Source: Podarcis muralis (lineage: Eukaryota). Taken from it: a stretch of DNA of 64,000 nt. The stretch is from positions 15,562,001-15,626,000 of the forward strand of contig NC_135667.1 of assembly GCF_964188315.1 (NCBI RefSeq). The letters are read 5' to 3'. Position 1 is the stretch's first letter; the number at the start of each line of letters is the position of its first letter. Below, one piece after another: positions 11,285 to 23,609 of this stretch. Position numbers and translations under genes: made by a program. The notes beneath the pieces are model-generated. The model did no database searches. It saw only the letters and a list, made by a program, of their open reading frames with translations, and had not been told where the DNA came from.

Positions 11285-12689
11285 GGCGCTCCTTCAGTGC
11301 CAGCAAGAAACGAAACTTGCTTCGCGGAAGCTGCAAAATTGAAAGCAGGCATCGTGCCTGGGGTGGGTAGAGGATAGGCATGTAGGACTCGGATTGGTGC
11401 AGCGGGAGGAGAGAGGCGTGGCCTGAGTGAAAGCTCCAAAAGGTGCCGGAAACGCTCCCCCGAGGCTCTCGCGCTTCCCTCTGTCTGTTTTCTTAGCAAG
11501 CTGGGCAGAGACGGTTTCTCCCATTATAAACATTTGCTTACAAAAGGCGCTCTGGCAGGGGCGGAGCAAGGCAGGTGTACCTGTAGGGCAGCAGGTAGCC
11601 TCCTCGGAGGCCCCGCGATCTCCCCCCCCCCCGAAAAAAAGAGTTCAGCAACTTTTGTCACTGCCAGTTGCCACTGTCTCTTGAGAGTTGGACGTGCCTG
11701 CTATAAATAAAATAACACAAGCCAAAACAAAATCCATCCTGTAGATTTAAGTATCTGTCCACAGTCGCCTGCTTGTTATCAGAGCCCCAGAATCCACATT
11801 CCTTTGTAAGAAAATATGAAATAAAGTCAAACCATTTTTGCAGGCACAAATAATAATAACAAATAAAAAAATCAATGGGGGGGGGGTGCAAGAAATTTTC
11901 CGCACCAGAGACCACCTGACCTTGCTGCTCCTGCTTCTTCCTGGTGCCAAGTTGTGCAGGCAAACCCTCCAACATTTCTCTGATGAAAATAGGGGAACAA
12001 CAACAATAACAACAACGTTATTATTTATACCTCGGCCATCAGACCAGGTTGCCCCAGCCACTCTGAGTGGCTTCCAACATATATAAAAACATAATAAAAC
12101 TTTAAACTTTAAGAAAGACTTCCCTATGGAGGGCTGCCTTTAGGTTTCTTCTAAAGGTTCCCTAGTTACTTATATATCCTTGGCTTGGGTGTAGCAAAAC
12201 TCGATACCACCCGCCAATATTTCTCCGAGGAAAATAGAAAAGCGGGACATTCCAGGATCAAATCTGTAACCTGTAAATCCGGGACTGTCCTTTGAAAATA
12301 GGGACACTTGGCGGGTTTGCAGCACACGGCTCTTGCAGGAGCGAAATTCTGGAGAGATAGGGGTGGGGGGACTTGGGGGGACGGAGCAGGTTTGTAAGAA
12401 ATAAAGAGGAAAGCCATGCGAACAGCCAGGCGCGGGGCTGTTTTCGTAAACATCACAGAAACATCACACGCAGGCAACCTCTCGTCCCTTTTTTATAAAC
12501 CTAAGGCGCGAGACTTTCATATATTCCGCTCGAGTTTTCTGATAGACTGACAGAGCGAACCTCGGGCCCGCCGCTTAATCTCTTTTTCTCCCACGTTAGA
12601 GGCTTTTGACGCATGACAGGCAGACATTCAACAGATGAAAGCTTTATGCACATATACACAAACACATTTATTTATTTATTATTTATACC

Positions 12690-13445
12690 CCGCCCATCTG
12701 GCTGGGTTGACTGGGGGGACACCTGCCCCCCCTTGGCTGCGCCCATTCTGGGAACCCAGACGAGCGCATGGAATCCGCCTTTGAACTTCCCCAGATGCTC
12801 CAAGCAGCAGGGGAGAAGGAGGCCCTCGGGTCTCGTCCTTCCCCGACAGCGCGGCGGAGCCCGGCAGGTGGCGCGAAAGGAACACGCTCTGATTCCAAGG
12901 CTTCCCTGGCCGTTCGCGTCGGCTCCGATTGGCCGCGCGGGCGGAAGGGGGCGGGTGCGGAGCTCCGGGCTCCAATTCTCATCTTGCTTTCGCTTTCCTC
13001 CCGTCTGAGGAAGCTCCTCTGCTCTAACAGCTTCCGCTTTCGCTTTCTGTCCTCCGGAAGGGAGGAGGCGGGGCTTGGTGGAGGCTCCTCGCGTCGGGCG
13101 CGCCAGCCTTGTTGCGACTGGGGCTCCTTCCTCTCGAGAATTTCCTTCTCCTCTCCCGCCTGTGCCTTCGGCGCGCGGAAGGGCTCCTCGGGGCTCTCCT
13201 TCCCGGCCTCTGCCGAAGTTCCTCTGCCGGGGAACTGGGACTCCAGAGCCCGCCGAAGGCGCCCGATGGCGTTTAGGACAGCCCGGTTGAGGGCCTTGAG
13301 GGAAGGGTCGGGTGGGAAGGATATCGCTGAATTCTTCATAGAGCGGGCAGGCTCTGGAGGCAGTATTCAAATTGTCCTTCCCACGGTCTTTGCACAGAAG
13401 AACAGATTCAAAGCAGAGCCCTAGCTGCGGGTGTGTGTGGACCAA
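12690..13445 (-). pseudogene. Decayed first exon (GC-rich N-terminal extension plus partial PYD)
   Basis: ORF ends LLLPCCLEHLGKFKGGF (PYD helix 1/2 with a deletion), then is cut by a repeat tail near 12700; weak similarity to the gene C upstream region near 58500. Confidence 0.5.
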
Positions 13446-13517
13446 GAGTAAGATAGGAAGAGGATGGAGGCTCAGGCAGTAGGAAATTCTGCTTTGAACA
13501 GCTTAATGGATGTAGTT

Positions 13518-13808
13518 GTTGTTTAGTCGTTTAGTCGTGACCGACTCTTTGTGACCCCCTGGACCAGAGCACGCCAGGCACTCCTGTCTTCCACTGCCTC
13601 CCGCAGCCTGGTCAAACTCATGCTGGTAGCTTCGAGAACACTGTCCAACCACCTCGTCCTCTGTTGTCCCCTTCTCCTTGTGCCCTCAATCTTTCCCAAC
13701 ATAAGGGTCTTTTCCAGGGAGTCTTCTCTTCTCGTGAGGTGGCCAAGGTATTGGAGCCTCAGCTTCAGGAACTGTCTTTCCAGTGAGCACTCAGGGCTGA
13801 TTTCCTTA
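13518..13808 (-). mobile_element. BovB (RTE) LINE 3' fragment
   Basis: gttgtttagtcgtttagtcgtg...cagtgagcactcagggctgatttcctt; near-duplicate of 36362-36650. Confidence 0.85.
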
Positions 13809-13889
13809 ATTCAGTACAAAGGGAAGGCATGAGATCATTCAATGCATGCAACTGGATCCCCTGGGATAGATCTCTCCATTTCTGCAGCC

Positions 13890-14170
13890 TCAGCTCCATT
13901 CAAGGTCCGCAATAAGGAACCTGTTTTTGGCCTTCAATGCCTTGTAGAGCTGATCCTTGCAATAGTGGTTCCAGCCAGGCACCAGCGTGTAAAGTTCCCT
14001 CATTTTTTCTTGGTTAGTTTCCCTTGAAGAGATTTTTTGGTACTGTTCTTCATCCAGGATTTGGCCGTGCAGCATATCCAGGACTGCTGCAACGTTGGTG
14101 GTCCGCTGGATCAGCTGTTCCCGATACTGTTCAATGAAATGGCAGTCAGAGGAGCTGGATGGCGGAGCAT
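13890..14170 (-). CDS. Gene A terminal CARD exon (ASC/NLRP1-type)
   Basis: HFIEQYREQLIQRTTNVAAVLDMLHGQILDEEQYQKISSRETNQEKMRELY...LIADLEWS*. Confidence 0.93.
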
Positions 14171-17100
14171 CTGTCAGACAAAAGAAGAACAATTCACATT
14201 TAAAGGGGTGGGGGAGGTTTAGAAGATGCTGCAAGAGACTGACCTCTGGTTACATGAGACCATATTATAGATTCCTACTGACCTTGTACTGAGTGGAAAA
14301 CAGAAGGCGTCAAGTCTTCTGAAAGGGGACAGAAAAGAGGGAAGTTAGACAAACTATGATTGGGATGTCCTTATCAATCCTTCATCTCAAGCTTTGGTCA
14401 AATCATGGAGTCCTTCCTTGTTCAAATGTTTAAAGGTGGCTAACCCAGAGTTACCCTGTCTGAAATTTGGCAATGTTCATCCCCTCATGTCTCCCAAGTT
14501 TCACCACCTATGTGAAATAACAAACAAACAAAAGGCTATAGCTCTTTTGGTTTCCAAATGTAGCAAATGAGATTTTTGAAGATTTGTTTTTTTCTGGATT
14601 GCAATTCAGATCAGGACTCCAGATTGGGTTGGGCCCGATCCATATTAATGTGAACTGAACCAGATGTGGATCACCAAGGTTGATCCTGAATTGTATTCCA
14701 GTTGGGTGTGTGTGTTGCATTGCCTTAGTATCTAGTATTAAATGCTTACTCTTTGCACCTATTGGGAAGAAGGATGGGATACAAGCACATACACAGGGGA
14801 AGTGAATAAACAATTAAAATAAATAAATAAAACTTACCCTGTGGTGGGGGCAGAACAGAAGAAGTCAACTCATCTGAAAGATAACAGAAAAAAGGAAATC
14901 AGAGGGGGAATGTGGCTGGGATGTCCTCCGTTAGCCTGCTTCCCAATGGATGGTCCAACCTTTTGTCCTCTCTCAATCAAAGCTCACCGTGTCGCACACA
15001 GGCCTTCCACACAAGTTCATCCTTCTTATTTATCAGGTTGAGCTCCAGTTCATCCTGCATGTGCTGAGCACACAGTTCAATGTACTGCTGTTTCATGTCT
15101 GCATTCAGGTAGTTTAACTTCAGTTCCTGTGAGAATGAGTGAAAGATGGACTTCTTTTCTGTTGAGCAGGACTAAAAAAATGGGAGGAAATTGCAAGGAA
15201 GTGGATTTTGGCAAAACTTTTTGGAAAACTTCCTAATGGTAACAGTTGTTACCATTGGGGCAGTGCCTTGGGAGGTGGTGGCCCCAACTTCACTGGCATT
15301 ATTTAAGAGGCTGCACAGTCATCTCCAAAGGGATTTAACAGGTATTTGCATCCTTCTTTGAAGAGCTTGCACTGGGCAGGGAGGTGGACTGTAGAGGCAG
15401 GTGGAAAAGATGACCCCAAAGTTCCTTCTGACTCTATGATTCTATGTGCAAATGTTGCTTAACCCATAGCTTTCCACCCAGCCCTCCATTCAAGAGGGTA
15501 AGCAAAAGGCTGAAGAGCTCTGAGCTGAGTTTCTCCTATTCTCATACCTCGCAGGCTAGGTACCCTCCCAGCAAAACCGTTCACCCTCTTCGTGCTGTAC
15601 CTTCGGATAGATTGTGACATCATCTAACTTCTGCACAAAGAAGCGAGAGCCAATCTTAAGAGGTTTCATGGTCACAGGATTTTTTTGCATTTTTCGTGAA
15701 TGGCACTTCACTTCATACTCATGGACAGCCTGGAACAAGCAAACAAAGTCACTTTTCAGACATTCAAAGAAGATGACAAACTGCTGGAGGACTTTCCAAC
15801 AAACTGAACTGGCAGAGGTTCAGATATTCTCTGGGTAAACACTTCCGAGACTAACAACATATAAGGAAAACTAGGTCACTTTGACACTCAATACTGAATC
15901 TTGGCCAATGGATTCCCTGTCTTTTTTCCACCATGGAATCCAAGAAACCACACATGCAGTTCCTAATTAACCACCCACCCAGGCACTGACCAAACCCTGA
16001 CCTGCTTGGCCTCAGCAAGATGATGGCTTCATATGCCTTCAGACCAGATCCTTGCTCTGATCAACAGGATCAAGCTAATCATCTTGTAAATTTTTGGAAC
16101 CTAGTAGAACTGGAGATTCCTGCTTACCTTTTTAAAGGAAGAGTCATTGGGGAGGAGGTACAGGTGGAATTTTGGAGCAGAGTTTTCCAGCTTTTCATAG
16201 AGCAGGGCCACAGCATGCACCTTTATCTTTTGCTTAAACCAAAACTTTTTGAAAACTGCTCCACAGGGAGATAACTTGGGGTTTTCCAACACAGCATGAA
16301 GTGGTCCCACTCTGGCTGGCTTCTGAAGACACATCATCCTACCGACAAAATGTGCTATGAGGACTTGGGAACCCTTTTTACCTATCAGAGGAAGGAATGC
16401 AAATAAAACACAGTTTAATAGTAGTTAGCCTGTAGACCCACTGCCCTAAGGTAGGCACCTAGTACTTACGACCTTTAGTTCACCCATTCCTGAAGACTCC
16501 AGAAGGTTCAAAATACTCTACACTGGAATGCTGTTATGCTGTTTCAAGTGATGGCTGACCATCAATTTATCCAGCCCTTTTTTTTTTTTTGGCATAACTG
16601 GCTTCCTTTTTTTGATAGCCTGTGATAATAGATGCTGCTTTATGTCTAGCACAGATTGTCTCAAATGAGCATCTGCTCTCTGTTGCCCAGATTCCAATAC
16701 TGTAAGACATGAACTGGCTCTACTGCAACAAGAAGTTCCTTAGCTGAGGCACTGCAGCAAAAGTGGGTATCCTCAGTCTTGGGGGCCAGAGATGGTCCTC
16801 TAGACTTCTCTGCCAGCCCCTTAGAACTCTCCTTCCACTAATCAACAGTTTTGTCTGGATTGAGATTCACTTTCTGCACCTACAATGGATCTGGCGGTCC
16901 TTGGAATAAAATAGCTGCAATTCAAATCACACAGCAGCATTTATTATCTGAATTGGTAGTAAGGAATGGAAACTAAAGTTCAAGGAGCATCTGCACGTCT
17001 TCCCATAATGCAAATCAAGAGCAGTGATTTACCAAGGTGGAAACCAGAAAACATGGGCTATAGACAGCAGAGGTATTTTGTCCTTGGAAGAGTGTGTAAA

Positions 17101-20100
17101 CACTGAAGAGGTGTATACTCAAGTTCACATGAACTATTCAACTAACATTTATTATTTATTAGATGTATATCCTGTCCTACCTCCCAAATGACTAATCTTT
17201 ACCCATTGAAATGAATTGACCCATTTGAAATGAATGGACCCTTTCGGTGGGTTTACTCTGAGTAAACGTTAGTCAAACCCAATGCTTGATGCTGATTTAT
17301 TGCCCTACTGTTCTCACAATCAAAATGGTTTAAGAGGGACAAGCATGTTACAAGTGGGGGAAAACAAGAGCTTAGGTTAGGAAGCCAAGTCTCCCTACTT
17401 CTCCCTCCCAACCCATGATAGTCAATCCCATTTAGGATTCTTGTTACAATGGTTATGGAAGCTTTCTCTTACCGTACCTGCAAGACACAAGAAGTGAGGG
17501 AGTTGAATAGCTGACACAGACTCGACTGGATCTGCTTGGATGTTGAGCAAAGGGCCGGCAACCATCAACTTCCATGCATCCCTCCTGTTCAGGTGTTTAG
17601 GCCATGAGTCAAATTGGTATGTGATGGTCACAGCTCCCCTCACCTCAAATATGAGATCAGTATAACAGCAACGGAAAGAGCCAGCCTCAGTAAAGCATAC
17701 CCTGAAAGCAAGCAAGAAAAAGTCAGATGGGGAAGGGGGTGGAACACATTCCTTTGCTGTTAAGAGAAATCATAACTATTGTCCTATGTGCTTGCTTGGT
17801 AAAACATATGTAGTAAAAGTTTAACACTGCCTGAAATTTGTGGTTATTCATCCTTGGTTTTCCTGCATCTGATATAGTAGCTGACCCACAGCTTCCTTGA
17901 AATACAGTAGATCTTGGTCACTGCTACTGATCTGCCACATAAATGTGCAGCTACATATGTAACCTGGGTGTGCTTTAGAGAACACCAACATTTATAATGA
18001 TTGCGAGACCCACATGAGGCGAGTCTACAGAACATTCCCTAGAAGGTAGGCTGAAAAATGTGTGAGATAAATTACTCACTTGTAGGATGCATGATTCCCT
18101 TGTAAATCCAGAACAACCTCTGGGTTGATTTTTCCTGGAAGTGCCTTTAACAAAGCAGTAATGATTAATATTGATGCCAATGCACACCCACACACCCACA
18201 CCCAATCTCATCTGAAAATAAGAATGTCCTTCTTCCCCAAAATCCTCAACAGGCAGTTTAGTGTAGGAGACATTCCATGAAGGTGGGCTGAATTTGAAGA
18301 ATTCCACTACAAGCTGAATGTACATTGATTAAAACATGTTAAAGCACCAGAAAAAAAGTGTGGATTTCAAATTGATAACATTCAGTGGACCGTCTGTAAA
18401 ATGTGAATAGGACTGATGATTCTACCCCCTAAACTAGAATCACAGTGTGATAGTCCAGAAAGTCAATTGCAATTCTATTTACTTCCATTGCCAACTGTAT
18501 GGAAACTGCTTTACCACTATCTATTGACACACACACAAACCAACACCAACGGCTCTAAAAGGTGTGGGATGTATTATTACTAGAGCAGCCAAGTACAACA
18601 TTTTCCTGTTGCCTAGAATGGACACACAGAGGAATGTGGCTCCCAGACAGAGAGGACTTCCTGTCATACCTGCTCTGGAGCTTCCTGCCCTTGTGTGTGA
18701 CCAGGTAGATGGGCATGGCCCTAGCTGACCAGATACAAGGGCTGGCCACCCAACCATCTCTCTCTTGGACTCCTGCTCTCCTGGCTCTCAGCCAACACAT
18801 GGCTCAACCTTCACATAGGATGGAGCCCAAAAGCCCACTGTAACCACTAGATAAAGCCTGCCTTCAGATTACTGCTGTGAACTGAATGTGAGCAAAACTT
18901 TATTCTTACTTTTAAAGAAGACTGTGTTGTGTTGTTATTATTTTAAGTGGGAAATAAAGTGGAAACTTACCAACAACAATCCAGACTGGACAAGGCAGAC
19001 TGGATTGCTTAATTAAATGATTCTAACGAATCATCAACTTGCTTCCAATAAAGTGCAAAGGGATTCCCCCCCCTTCCTTTTGTTTTCTCACTAGCGTGAG
19101 GAGGGATAATATCAAAAGTATATATCCTCTCCTACCTTCCTTAACATTCCCACAAACAGATTACTTTCCACAGTAAACTTGAATTTCAAGTTTGGTAGAT
19201 TCACCTTGAAAGTATCCATGTATTCCTCATTCCTGTGGGTGGTAATGCAAATTAGATTGAGTCCAGTCCCTTACCTTACTGGGACACCTGCTACACAGGA
19301 CACTTCCCCCAAAATCTGCAGTCTCATCTGTCTGACTACTGCTTTCTTCTTCTACAAACTGGGGTTTTTTCTCACCGCAGCACTGAGTGGGCAGGAATCT
19401 GGATTGAAATTTGATTCCACTCTGTAAAATAAGGACAATTATTTATAATCCCACATAGCTGTACTGTGAACGAAGGAGAAATTTCATTGTCCTTGAGGAT
19501 TAGGAAGAACCCTAAACCAAACTCACCTTGTGCTGCATTTTGTACGACCGCCTTTGTCTCCAATTGTCCATTTCTACGCATTCCACAAATTGGTGACAAG
19601 ATTTCATACCCCTTTCCTCAGTTCTAATCGGCAATTTGTGACCTTTCTCACATTCTTCGAAAATGTGTCCTGGGTCCTTTTCAGGAATTTTCCATAGATG
19701 TTTCCTTCCCGTGTGGATCATCTCATCACTAGACATTGTGACATTTTGCAAATTACCTGTTGTAGAAACGTTTGTTTGCTTGTTTGTTTGTTTTGACATC
19801 AGCAGAAAAAGAACGAGAACCTCAACAGGGTATGAGAAGCTTCCCTATACTGGATCCTACCGCTTGCCTGCCTAATTTCCCAGGGCCAACTTTCAAGGTC
19901 AAGTGACTCTCCAAGGCGGCAGATAGAGGCAAGTCTTTCCTAGCCCTGCTTGCTATTTTTCAAAAATAACTGTTGCAAAGGAAGGTTGAGTAAGAAAGTG
20001 TTCTTCAGAATAATGCATAGAAGAGAGATACAATATATTCGAAATGTCGTCCCTGCTGTTTAATGCCCATGTCGAGATGATGCAATGGAATAATGAAAGT

Positions 20101-20572
20101 GAGAAGGAGCGCAAAGCGGGGGATATAGGAAGAGAGGCAGGGGATTCCCAAGTCGTCCCTCCAATTTTGTCGCCACGCGCTTGTACAGCTGGACCCCGGG
20201 AAGCAAACCTCCCCTCTCCCGGCCAACGTTTCCATAGGAGATCCGGGCGAAGCAACGGCTCCCCTTCCCGAGGTCCTTACCTTGCCTGCTGCGGAGGCGC
20301 TTGTCCGCCTGGCGCCGGCCGTCGATGGTGCTCCGCGCCTCGGGCGCCACCTCCACGGCGCTGCTCTCGCAGGTGTGGCGGAGCAGCTCGACCGGGAACT
20401 TCTCCAGCTCGCCCTCCTCGGAGCGCGCCGGGGTGAGACTCAGGGGGCCACGGCTGGCGCCACGGAGCAAGCGGAGACTTGGCGGCCGAGATGCTCTGCA
20501 GGAGCGGAAGGAATCCTCTTCAGAGAAGCACCCGTCCCCAGCGCAGCTCAGAAAACATTTCACCGACAGCAT
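13890..20572 (-). CDS. Gene A: deleted-PYD - deleted-CARD - CxxC linker - FIIND - CARD protein (NLRP1/CARD8-like), ~610 aa
   Basis: Exons 20572-20281, 19756-19527, 19421-19275, 18144-18080, 17701-17478, 16381-16128, 15729-15601, 15126-14988, 14873-14838, 14318-14283, 14170-13890; all GT-AG, phases compatible, 1833 nt. Confidence 0.82.
14988..15729 (-). CDS. Gene A FIIND UPA exons (15729-15601, 15126-14988)
   Basis: AVHEYEVK...KPLKIGSRF and ELKLNY...ELVWKACVRH align with the NLRP1 UPA. Confidence 0.88.
16128..16381 (-). CDS. Gene A FIIND exon with autocleavage region (ENPKL-SPCG)
   Basis: IAHF...LQKPARV...HAVLENPKLSP...FHLYLLPNDSS vs NLRP1 MAHF...LEKPARV...ENPSFSP...FHLYLIPSDCS. Confidence 0.92.
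17478..17701 (-). CDS. Gene A FIIND ZU5 exon
   Basis: EAGSFRC...MVAGPLLNIQA...LPHFLCL vs NLRP1 VAGSYRW...MVAGPLLDIKA...LPHFVAL. Confidence 0.92.
18563..19154 (+). mobile_element. Older solo LTR related to the TGTGGGA family, in gene A intron 3
   Basis: tgtgggatgt...aataaa...aacattcccaca. Confidence 0.65.
19527..19756 (-). CDS. Gene A exon 2: CARD homologue with ~22-aa internal deletion
   Basis: SDEMIHTGRKHL...ERGMKSCHQFVECVEM aligns at both ends with the gene C CARD SDEMICKGREQL...ERGEQACCRFLECLEM. Confidence 0.75.
20281..20572 (-). CDS. Gene A exon 1: PYD homologue with ~29-aa internal deletion
   Basis: ELEKFPVE|LLRHTCESSAVEVAPEARSTIDGRRQADK vs gene B ELKKFKGEL...LLRHYDVDGAVEVAAKVLKAIDCQPQADK; same donor position. 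Confidence 0.72.
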
Positions 20573-21562
20573 TCCCCCCCACCCAAAGGCCCTGCAAGAG
20601 CGGCTTCCTTCTCCTTAACGGGCTACTTCCACATCCCTCGGGCGGGGAAGCTCTGCGCGGGTTTGTGGCCTCTCCCAGCCGCCTTCCCTGCCCGCTTCAG
20701 TCGCTCGCCCCGTCGAAGCCCCGAGAGGCAGAGCCCCGCTTCAGACACCAGGGGACTCGACGGCGGGGATGGAGACCGCGATTGCCGCGGATCGCTCCTG
20801 CCCGACCCCTGCGCTTAAGCAGGTGCGCAGTCTCTGCCAGGACGCCGAAGCCTGCTGGAGGCTTTCTGCGACGTTTCGGTTTCTCTCCTTAGCACGCGAC
20901 TTCCTCATCCTTTGTGCTGGGATCTTGAGACTCTCGCCTTCCCTGCCTCCCGCCCCCAATCGCCTGGGGAACCAGAGGAGCATTTTCGCTTCAGACACCA
21001 GCAGACTCGACGGCGGGGACGAGATGGCCTGAAGGGCTTTTTCTTCCCGCTGCTCTCTCTTTTCCGCCCCCGCCCAGCCGTGCGCTTCGGCAGGCGCGCA
21101 AGTTGCGCGGCTTAGGACTCTGAAGTCTGCTTAAGCTTTTCTGAGAGAGGTTTTTCCTACATTGTGGTAGAAGGGAAGGGGTTTCTTGTCCCCGGGATCC
21201 AAAGCTGGGAGAAGGCCGGGGGAAAGCGGGAGGAAGGGACAGGACGCAGCAGGTGGTTGAGCAACTGCAGCGCGATGCAGGTGGGGAGGGGGACCCACAC
21301 CGTGCTGATAAATGAATTTTTCAGCCTCATAGAGGTTCATTTGAAAATAAGAAATAAAACCTTTAGTGTCTTCCGCCCAGAGATTCAGGCACCTTCTGTG
21401 CCAACTTTTAAACCCCTTCTGAAAACTGTTCTATTCTTCCTGGCCTATGCAGGAAATTAATGATCCTTCCATAATGGTTAAGCGATGTCTGGTTTTAACT
21501 TCTCTCTCTCTCTTTTGCATAGTTTTGCTGCTGTAAACCACTTTGCTATATTGTGCATTAAT

Positions 21563-21866
21563 CAGGGGTCAGCAAACTTTTTCAGCAAGGGGCCAGTCCA
21601 CTGTCCCTCAGACCTTGTGGGGGGCCGGAATATATATATATATATATATATGCTTTCGTAGATTTTCACGGGTACAGGAATGCAGGTTTTGGTGTCCTCG
21701 GGGGGATGAACGAATTCCTATGCCCCACAAATAACCCAGAGATGCATTTTAAATAAAAGGACACATTCTACTCATATAACAACGCGTTGATTCCCAGACT
21801 GTCCATGGGCCAGTTTTAGAAGGCAATTGGGCTGGATCTGCCCCCCGGGCCTTAGTTTTCCTACCC
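21563..21866. mobile_element. hAT-like non-autonomous element (second copy 38824-39020)
   Basis: caggggtcagcaaacttttt...gatgcattttaaataaaaggac shared by both copies. Confidence 0.7.
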
Positions 21867-22940
21867 ATGGTATTAATGGTATAGCAGTATACAAAGACTT
21901 TTATAAATAAATGCATGAATCTGCTTTGCTCTCTTGTGGGTGAGTCAGGTGTGTGTGATTTGGTGTTGCCTTTTAGGATATGCATAAGTCCCACCAATAT
22001 TAGCCGAGTTGTGCACAAAAAAAGAACCAGGGCCTCCTCACCCCTCTCCTTAATTCCAGAACTGTATTGAAGTAGTCAGGATGCCCTAATGTGCTCTCTT
22101 TGCATTTGACTTCCTGGCTATTTTGGGAGGTTGCTGATCCTCATTTCCTCCCATTAACATTTGGTTAAACAAGACATGTGATGGGAAGTCATCCTCCACG
22201 GAGGAGAGAGGAGGAAGGAGGGTTAGGAGTTGGGGCAACCTATTTTCTGCACCAGGTAAATTATCAGTACAGTGGTACCTCGAGTTACAAATGCCTCAGG
22301 TTACAAATGCTTCAGGTTACAAACTCCGCTAATCTGGAAGAATTACCTCGAGTTAAGAACTTTGCCTCAGAACAGAAATTGTGTGCCGGCGGTGCAGCAT
22401 CAGCAAGAGGCCCCATTAGCGAAAGCACGGCTGTATTCATTAATAGAGAATCTGGAGATTAACTTTTTTGATACACTTTCTGTAAGACCACAGGACCTCT
22501 TTCTCATGTCTCTCACTGCCTCAAAATACCAGCTTTGTTACAAAAGGTTTTTTTCCTGCCTAATTTTTCACTTCCTCAAATGATTCTCGGAAGTCTCAAA
22601 AGCCACAAATTCAGAAGGAAAGCAACAAAATGTTAGTTTCTAAGACCTGAACATAATCCCTTGGGAGCTATTTATTGGAGTCTTCATCTCAGTAGAGATG
22701 TGAAAGTCAAAAAGTCAAAAAGTCAACCAAAAAAAAAAAAAAAGGAAAGGAAAGGAAAGGAAAGGAAAGGGGGAAAAAGGCAGGGAATATGACCAAGATG
22801 CTGTTACCTCTTCCACCTTGTGGTACTCCCAGCTGCATCCCACCCAGAGGTTCCCCTTAGTCAAAGACCACCTTATGTCATGTGGGTCTGCCAGATGGAG
22901 CCCCCCCTATTCTTCTCTCCCAGGTTGTCAGCTCTCTTAC

Positions 22941-23142
22941 CTGTGTGCAACGTGCACTTCAAAATGCCGCTTCTTCATGTCAGGATTCAGGAATTCAGTT
23001 TGCACATGTTGTCATAGGCCTTCTTGATGGGTTGACCTGTTGAGTTTGCCCTTGAACTTCTTGAGCTCATCTCTCCCTCCCCACCCCCACCCCCACCCCC
23101 CAAGTCCTGGAGAGATGGTTCAAGGGCAGGATTTGCCACCAT
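22941..23142 (-). pseudogene. PYD pseudo-exon
   Basis: ATG at 23142; MVANPALEPSLQDL, G-rich disruption, then DELKKFKGKLNR and IKKAYDN in shifted frames; donor cag|gtaag at 22940. Confidence 0.65.
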
Positions 23143-23609
23143 GCCCCTTCAGCACTAGTTGAGCCAATGCCAGAAAAAGGCACAAAGAAGAGGCTGCAAA
23201 GGCTAGTGGGAGAGTCTGCTTTTGCTGCCAGTTTCCTGCAACCCCAGTCAGTGCTAATGGAGAGCAGAGCTCTGGCCTGAATGAGGAGGTTCAGCCTGAA
23301 TCCATCCTGCCTGCACTTCTCCCCCTCATCATTTATTGGGTGATTGCAGAGGCGGAGCAAGGTGGGTGCTGTTCGTCCCGGATGTCATCCCTGAGGGGGG
23401 TGACATCACCGCCCCACCCCCCAGATGCTCGGCACGGGCGGTGCACCCCGGGACACTCGCCCCACCCCCCTGGGACGCTTGCCCCACCACTTGGGGTGCT
23501 AGGCCCGCCTCTGCGGGCAGCTAGCCCCACCCCCGGGTGCATGCTGCTCTGGGTGCTGGAGCAGCTAACTCCACCACTGGGTTATTGGTGAAGTCCATGG
23601 TCACTTCCA

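Noticed and set aside
20573-21000. Long N-terminal extension of gene A broken only by a homopolymer sequencing error
   Set aside because: It also has an in-frame TGA at 20741 and further frame differences from gene B; more likely UTR or decayed sequence.
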